Assembly: GCA_964019335.1 (NCBI GenBank)
Contig: OZ025671.1
Span: 434,001 to 498,000 of the forward strand
DNA from: Diplonema japonicum
Lineage: Eukaryota > Protista > Euglenozoa: Diplonemea
Length of the DNA: 64,000 bases
Reading direction: 5' to 3'
Shown here: piece by piece, positions 1-9,000 of the stretch
How the letters are laid out: the number at the start of each line of letters is the position of its first letter
Numbering within the stretch: the stretch's first letter is position 1
Made by a program: the position numbers and the translations under genes
The notes under the pieces: model-generated
What the model was told of the DNA's origin: nothing
Seen by the model: the letters and a program-made list of their open reading frames with translations, nothing else
The model's database searches: none

Positions 1-3000
1 TGTCGCGAGCTTCGTTCAGTTGTGTATCCGTCGTCTTTGCTAGCTGTACCTTCTCATTTAGCTCAACGACGGTAGACTTCATCTCCTCCAAGCTGCTCAC
101 CAACGAGCTGTCTATAAGCGTGTTCCCTGCCTGGCTTATTTTCTGAATGAGCCCATCTTCTAGTTCCATGATATTGATTTTGTAGCGGTTCATGCAGAAC
201 AAGATGTCTTGCTTCTTTGCCTCCAACCCTGGTTTTTCTTTGTTCACCACTAGTGCTAAAAGTTGCTCTTCCAAACCTTCTTCCGTTACTGCGAAATTCA
301 CTGCGCAGACGTCCGACTGCAGCAACGCTCTCGCGACGGGATTCTTCTGCTTGCTGTGCAAAATAAGCCTGAAGTTGCTATGTATTCTCAGAACGTTGTT
401 CTTAAACTTCACTTCTTGTCCCGTTGTGGCTCTCAGGAGCAATTTCAGCAGCGGGTGTACTTCGCTAAAGATCTTCTCTACTATGATGGTCGTACCGTTT
501 GAAGCGGCCGCCTCCAGCTGGTCCTGCAGTTCTCGGCTGTTCTGCCGTGTGAAGACAGCAGGCTTCTTAACCTTAGAAGTAGGTTCAGACAGTTGAACTC
601 TTTTCTTCTTCGTTTTGTCGGCTTCTTCTATTTCCGGTTTGCTTTCTTTCCTGGAATCGGGGTTGTTCCAGGAGTGCACCCAAGCAAGGCCTTGGTACTG
701 TGGGTCGAGAAGAAGGCACGGCCTGATGGACCAGTGGCAGATGCAAGCGTTTTGAATAGAAACAGAGTCTCTAGGGAGGCTTTGGTTAAACCATTCTGCG
801 AGCTGAGCAGGAGTGGAGAGGGTATTCACAGGGTCCATGCCCTCCTCAGTGTGGGGGATTTCAGCTGACACGATCTGGGAGCACCAGCTATCAAGTAGCT
901 TCTTCCTAGCGTTCACGTCGAAGGGTCCTGCGTAGCACGTCAGCGCGGCTGCAAGCAGGACGTTACCTATCATAGACGTCCTCTTCTCTTCAAGCCCTGT
1001 GACCCCTTCCAGCCATCTGTCTTGTTCGCTTCCCAACGCGCCTACTAAGCGCTGTGACAGCTCCAGTCTGGCACCCATTTCCTGCGCTTGTTGGATGACG
1101 GTGTCTCTGTCCGCTCGTGCCTCTTCCACTGCTGTTTCCAGCTCCCCGAATTTAGAATGCAGCTTCTCCACATGTGCTTTGATCTTCGACACCCTGCTGT
1201 TGGCCTCCTCCAAACGAAGCTTCCCATCCATGACCTGCTGGCGCTTGGGTTGCACGAAGCAGTACACCTCGTAGTACTTCACGATGTTTCTGACCCATTC
1301 ACACAGCCCTGCAGCTGCTTGGCTCTTTGTGCCCACTACTTCTCCTGTGAAGTCAGGGTTGGACAGGTAGGGGCGCAGCTGTGCGATGGACGAATCGGGG
1401 ATGCTCTCCTTTTTGTAGTTGCGTAGTGACGCGAGGAACACATCGACACGCTGCATGAGCTTGTGCGCAGCTTGCCACGACTTGTCCCGCGCACCAGGGG
1501 GTGGGGTGAGCAGAATGATTACACAAGCAAGCACATTCTGCACCTCCATAGGAGGTGACTTGAAAGACTTCAGTTCTATCATGTTCGCCTTGTTGATAGT
1601 GTCCAGGGCACGCTGTGCGCCTTCGATAAGGGGTTCTGCCCTTGCGAGGTCGGTTTGCATCTCAGCGGATTTCTCCGAGACAAGCTTTTGCATTTCCGTG
1701 GCACGACTCTCTTCTGCTGTCGATTTCGAGTTCTCGATGGTAACGACCTGCTTTTCCTGACCTAGTCTGTGGAGCAACTCATCGACTTGTGCTTTTTTGT
1801 CGACCACCTGTTGTTGCTTTTTGGCGAGGACCTCTTGGAGGGTGTAGGTGTCCGTTGTGGCAGTTTTTAGCTTTGCAAGGCCCGCTTCAAGCCTTATCTT
1901 GTTGGAGTCAGCAAGGGCGAGCTTCTCGACTAAGATGTGCCCATAGATGTCGAGGAATGTCATGAAGGCTTTGCAAGTTACTGCCACTTCGTACTTTACG
2001 AGTTTTGAGAAGTCTGCAGCCACCTCTTCAGCAGTGATGTGCATCTTTGCCATGACACGTACTAACCTACTGTCAAGGGGCGGTGGGATTGAGATGTCGC
2101 GGGTGACCAGCTTTTGCTCTCCCACGGCGACCAGAGCTTGCTCGTCCCATGGGTGGAAGAAGTCTTGCAATGTGTGAGACATCAGGGCCGGGAACCGTCT
2201 GGCGCGTACCCTCATAGCCTCGCCTGGATGGAAGCACAGAATGCAGTGTAGCTTTTCCTGAACCTGTTCGATGAAGTACTGCCAGCAGTTCTCTGCCGTG
2301 TCGACGATCAACGCGTTCCGCACAACGAGACGCACCTTCCTGATAACCTCCTCTCGTTCGTCGATGTTGAATATCTCTGTCATATCATTCGTCGACAGCA
2401 GCGAGCTAATATCCGTGAGCATCTCCTCTTTCAGAATCTGCGATTCGGTAAGAAGGAACAACGTTTTCTCCCCCTTTACTCCCGACTTCAAGTACGCGCT
2501 CTTCAGTTCGTCTCTGAAGTTGGGCATGTTGTTTTCACTGGAGGGCGTCATGACTGATATTTGTGAGAGATATGCTGCAAGCCGTACGATGCTTTGTTTC
2601 CCACTCCCACTGACACCTATGAGACACATGTGCCCTTGCTGCCTGTCCAGAACACGGCATACCCTCTGCACGTGGAGCGCGGCTTGTTCGAAGATTACAA
2701 GCGTTGGCAACTTCTTCTTTGCAGTTCTGCAGCTGTTCACACAATCTATTAGCTTTTCGACGGATGGCAGCTGCGAGTACTTGCTGTCGTCATTGTGGAA
2801 CGTCCCGTACAGCAGCTTTGAGCACAGGATGTCATCTATCATCGGCTCGTATGAGAAGGCCTGCTCGGCAATCCTCTTGACCACTATTCTGAACAGCCCC
2901 ACGTCGTGAATATCGTACAGCCGGTCGGAGTACGTCCTGTGAACCTCGTGCACCCAGAGTTTCAGCAAGGGCACCAATGGAAGGAGCACGCCGTCGCACC

Positions 3001-6000
3001 CCAACACAATGCCTTCAAAGACTTGCGTCAGCTGCCGCATGCTGAGTGCGTAGTAGAACTTAACGGCTGTTTTTTGCAGCTCTTTACGTAGTCCGTCATG
3101 GATGTCAAGTGTGGTTTCAATGAGCCTCTCGAGGGTCTTCAAGCCCTTCTCGCACGAAATGTTGTTTGTGATGAGCTTGTTCAGGATGCACGATACTGTT
3201 TCCCTCGCTAGCGTGGGGACCTGCAGACACACGAAGTGCCTCTGGAACCTTTGGTTGATGGTGTACGACCCTTGTGTGGGGTTCATGATGGACACAAGCT
3301 GCACGTCATTTATCTCCAGTGCCTGCCATCGCGCCTTCTCGTACCACATTTTGTAGTCCAGTAGCTGTCGGAGGAGAGCTAAGGGTGTTTGCGTGCCGTA
3401 CTTCTCGACCATTGGTGTGTTGATATCATCAAGTATCCATATGAGGTTTGAGTGCCCGATGGGACCCCACCTGCGGCCCATCTTCCGTTCCAGCTTCAAC
3501 TGCAGCTGGCCCTGAAGGCTCGTGGCTGTTGTGTAGTAGTTGAAGCAGACATTTTGATGCGCAGTGGATTCAGGTAGAATTTTCATTCTGTCTTGCACGA
3601 GAAGCGTCTTGCCACAAGCATCACCCCCTACAAGCAGAATAGGCTGCTTCTTCTCTATAAGTCTGTCAAAAAAAAACTTCACAACGCACAAGGACGGCGT
3701 CGTCACGAACTGCGTTGACAACGGAGAGCACAGCAAGGGCTCGGGGTTATGCATCTTCTTCGCGGTCTCTGACCACTTCTCAAGCTTTTTTGACTCCGAC
3801 GAAAGGCAGTAGTCGAAGACGGTCCCCGCTTCAGGGAACTTCAGACATTTCCATTCAGCACGCCACCATCGGTCGAACCTAGCCCTGTGCACTGTCTCGT
3901 TGAGGGCACCTCCAAAGGCCCATATGCAGGCAAAGATAAACCAGTGTTCGGCCTCTCTTTCATTGTGTATCTCGGCCGATTCTTCCTTGCGCAGCAACAG
4001 GTCAACATATGCACACAGTTGCCGCACTAGTGAGAACTCAGACTGCGGCAGGGTGGTCTTCACATCGATGCACACAAAGTCTAAACACTTCTGGACGTAC
4101 TTGTCGATGAGTGGGGTGATTGTGGATCCCATCTGTTTTTTGTCAAACCAGCTTTGTAGGTATGGCAGCCACCCGATGTCAGTGGAGGAGATGTACAAGA
4201 TGCCGGCACGCGATACGGTAGCCGGTGTTGTGTACTGCAGATTCCCGACCTCGAACATGAGCACTATGTTGGGCGTTAGTTGGATCCTGTCGTTGGACGC
4301 CAGTGTTAGTACTTTATTGTCATCCATTGCCGAGTTCATGCTCTCGATCCATTCCGTGTCGATGTCCCCGTCAAAGATCACCCAGCTGTGCTCTTTGCTC
4401 GAAAGCGTTGTGCAGTTTCTGATGATGCTCGAAGCCAACCCGTCCTTCCATTCGTTTTTGCGGTCCACGTACCCAAACAGCTCGCTTGTCGTCACAGCCT
4501 TAGGGTTGATCACCTTATCGACGTACTTGTACCCCTGCAGCCTGTATGATTCCAGGAGGATCTTTCTTGTGGTTGTTTTTCCAGTTGCCGGTTTCCCTAC
4601 CACCATCACGCAGTGCCGTATTTCCCGTAACTCGTGAAGCTGGTGACATTTCGTCAGAAGGCCCTCCTCTGGCTGCATGCCTAGTGTGCTGCAGACCTGT
4701 TTTATACATTTGTCGAACTTTTCAGCACGCCTGTTCACAGTCAAAGACACCCCAGGGAATAAATCGTTGATAATCCCGCAGAAGATGTCGATGTCCACCG
4801 CCACGACCTTTGGGAGATTAAAATCACGCAGGGCCTGCATCAGGATGAGCTGCTCGTCAGTGTTCCGTTTGCAGCGCTTCAACTCTCCCGCAGCCACGAG
4901 AAGCGACTTAATGCTACGGAGGCCCCAGTCATAGTGGCTTTGCTTGCTGAGCAGCTTTTCACTAAGCTCGAACAGCGCGATGAACTTTTTCGCGAGGTTC
5001 CTTGCATCGGAGAATCCTTCGGCAAGGAGGAGGTTCTCGCAGATCATGGCGTTGTCAGGGGCAACCACTGTGACTGGTCGGAAGAGAGCTTTTAGGCTGT
5101 CTGGCAGCTCAGTTCTCCCCAAGTATCCAGGGTTCATCGTAATGAAGATGTTGCAATTCATATGGAGATTGGCTTCTTCTTTGCCTACAAAGAACTCTTT
5201 TTTGTTCTGGCGTTGTGCATCAAAAATGTGCTTGAACTGCAGAGCGACAACAGACAACACGGAGAGACGTATTCTGTTGAACTCGTCGAAGCACCCCCAC
5301 ACACCCCCGGAGGCAAGTCCTTTGAAGACAGAGCTAAGAGTGCTGAAAGTCATCTGCTCGGAGCAGTTAAAGACGTAGCAGGCACGACCGAGTTGTTTGG
5401 CAAGATCCTTTACTGTTTCGGTTTTGCCTGTTCCTGCCGGGCCTGACGGTGCGCCGCCCATTTTGAGCCGCATTGACTGTGTCAAAGTGATGTAGATCCT
5501 CTCTGTGAGGGGAGTCACGATGAGCCGCACATTGTCTCCATTGTACTCCCCGCCGTAGTTGAAGGAGCAGTCACATATCTCGGCAATGACACCGCGTGTT
5601 TTCTCATTCAGCCTGTGCCGGAGCTGACGCTGCCATGCGAAAGCATTCTTTGACTCAGCTTTCTTGTCGACAAGATCCAGAAGAACGTCGGTCTGGTGTA
5701 CAGCTTGAATCACAAGGTTCATCACACGCCGCCGCATAATGCTCGTCAGCGAACTGTTCGGCACCAGTTCTATGAGCTCGTTGAGCTGCTCTTGACATCT
5801 TCTGTGCTGTTCCTTTAAAGCAGTCTCGTTGCCCTCTTCCATTGCATGGAACGTGGACGAGACATCCACCGTCCAGTGTATGTGCGAGGCTACCAATACC
5901 ACCTGCGTGATGTACTGCTTCATCCACTGGCTCTTCGACTTCCCACTAGACGACAGAATCGCCTGTTCGATCAGCGTAAAGATCGTTGTCGCCACACTTT

Positions 6001-9000
6001 CAACGCAGTTCTGCAACCAGTGTTCTACCCTGCTGCTGCATATCACAGTGTTCGACAGCGAAAATGTCTCGCCCCCACACCCCAGGACACCAACGGCCAT
6101 GTACCCATCGAGTGTAAAAGTGGCTATGTCCTGCATCACACGTGGTATGTGCATCATTATTTGCGCAGGGTCTTTGCTAGCTTTGCTCAGTATTTCCAAC
6201 AAGTGCGGTGTTGACACAAAGTAGAACCGAGGGAAGGTTTTTCTCTTCTGGTTCATGTATCCTTCCAACGCCCGTTCGCAGTTCGTCAGCTGCCCCTGCA
6301 AAGCGAGAAGCGCAGTCTCCCGTCCCTCATTGCAGCACAGGGGTACTATATAAGGCGTGCGTGCAGCCTCGCGTAGTAGCAGCTTAACTTGTCCGTCCAA
6401 TTCCAAAAACAACTGGGTGTGCCGAGGTAGCTGGGATTTAATATCGTCGGAGCCGATGAAGATGGTTTGCAGGTGGCGCCACATTTTCTGAACTTCGATG
6501 AACATAGTCAGCACGGACTCTACAGTGGCGAGGGTCTTCTGCCAGGCCTGCACCTCGTTCAAGTACTCTGACACGTATCTATTCTGGCACAGCCCTTGAA
6601 GCAGCAGTTGATGCTCTTCGATGGTCACCTGTACAATGTCCGGCACGGAGAACGAAGGGTAATCAACACCTTGCTGTGTGTCGAACTGTAGCAGTAGCTC
6701 ATCCCATGCTTTGTCCAGTGCCGTCAACTGCTCTTCAATCTGTGCCTGCCGGACAGCCTTCCCGACGATGGCCACGACCTCATCAGGGAGCTTGTGGAGG
6801 TTCAGCGAGATTAGGTTCTCAATCGTCAGTTCCTTGAAATCAAAGAACACACCAGTCTTGGCCATCAATTCCTCCCAATGTATGGGCCGCATGGCAGGCG
6901 TTCGAAGGCTTTGAATCAATGGTAGCGATACCAAGAAGTTTTTGGCCTTGGCTTCGATATCACGGTACACATCCCACCGTCTCACACGCTTGTCCAAGCT
7001 GTTGATCATCGATATGAGGCGCTGCACCCTCTCCTCCATCTCGTTGAGGTTCACGTTGCTGCAGGGGACGTGGTTCCACGCCTCCATCTGGTACAAGGCT
7101 AGGGACGCGGCATCCCATAGATATTTCAAAAGGATCAAATCCGTTCTGCAATTCTTCACAGCACGACCCGGTGAGGGCATCAATTGGAAGAGTCTTTGCT
7201 TCTGACGCAGCTCGCGTAACTGGTGTTCAATGTGTAGCACCATAACGTGCAGTTCCTGTATCATCTTATAGGCCAGCCTTGGAGGTGTGTCCAGGGACGT
7301 GGGTTCCTTCTTTTGGAAGGTGTTTGTGTAGAACAACATCGTTCGCTTCTCGAAGCTGAGTTCCATGGCTCGTATCTTCGTCACCTCCTCGATCTGTCTG
7401 GGGGCCAGCATCTCATTCACGAAGAAACACCTCTTCTTTAGATCCCTCCACAGTACCGGGGCGTTCTCGACATCTGACAAGACAGTTGACGGTAGATGGA
7501 TGTCATGCTTCTTAAGCAGCACAACGACAGATTTCGACGGTTCATACATCCTGTCGAACTGCTCGGTGTTTGCTTGGAATTTCACGAGGTGCCGCATGAC
7601 CGAGACGAGGTCCTGGTAGTTCTTAACATGGTCCAGAGAATGGATGGCGATGCCATTTTGTGTCTTCGCCACGAATTCCTTGAAGCGCGCCAGGTTTTGG
7701 ATCAGCTTGTTGCGTTGGAAGCTGAGGAACCTCGTGCGCCACTCGCATGCTAGTCTCACAAGTTCGGACTTTATGATAGAAGTGTCTAGTGTGATCCATC
7801 CGTAGCTCACCTCAGATGGGAGGCCTTCTATCTCTATCCTGAGGCGCTCGTATTTTATAATCTGTGCTTCGAATTCTGCGATGGTTGGCCGATCGTTGGC
7901 TGGTGAGTCAAGCAAGCCCACACCATCAGGCTTTGCTTCTTCTTCGCCTGTGAACTGCAGCTCATCTGAGTCCTCATCGGAGTCGTTCTCGTTGGAGAGG
8001 TCTTCGAAGGGCTCGGGTAACTTCTCGTGGTTCCCATCCCCCATAAGAGACTTCGTTGCGAACCGCTCGACGTAAGTGTCGATGTCGTCCTGGTAGAGGT
8101 ACGAGTACTTCAGGAAGTCCATCCTGACTGCTTCTAGCTTGTTCACGGTGTTGACCATCAGCCGTAGAATCTCGTCTTTGATGATATTCAGTTCAGGGTG
8201 GTCGAAAAGCAAGACGTAGTAGTGGTTCGACGGGTCGTCCAGCCGCGGCAGCTGCCTTCCCACTTCAAAGATAGTATTGCACCACTCATACACACGGTAC
8301 TGCACACTCCCGAAATCGTCCCTATGGATAGAAGGGCTGAACGCGGCTTCACCGTTTGCGAGTATGAGTTTTATGTGCATCAGAGGGGACGACTCCTTGG
8401 TGTGCAAGGTTAGCTTGTGCTCAGGCGGTTTCCCGTACGCATCGAGGATTTTCACTACTTCAAGAAACTTCAAAAGGTATTCCAAGCTGCGCTTCACAGC
8501 CAGAATGAAACCCGTCACGAACAGTTTGTTCACATAGTCCAGGTACGTGCACCATGCAGGAGAGTGTGCATCGACCCCAAGGACCTGCCGTGAACCGTCG
8601 ATGAGCCTCCGTATCCTGTTGTACTGCCTCACGATGTCGTCAAGAGACCGGATGCGCAAAGACACCTTTTCTCGCCATTTCCGCAGCCATTTCCGTCCGA
8701 CTCTCTCTTGGTCTGTCAGGCCCGAAGATGCCTCTCCTTGCCAGATCTCTGTCAGCTCGTGAAGGATTGACTTCTTCCTGGACTCCCAAGACTCTTCTTC
8801 GGAGAAGTGTATCACCTTATGCATCGTCTTCCAGTTCTTGAGGATCTTCGTCACCACGCTGATGTTCCCCTTCAGGTATATCATGTTCCCGTGCAGACAA
8901 GACACGGCTTTCGACGCTCTCGAAACAAAGTCGTTAATCCGTGGCGACCTCCACGTCAGTTCGATGAGCCCCTCGTCGAGTATGCTATGAATCTGGTCTA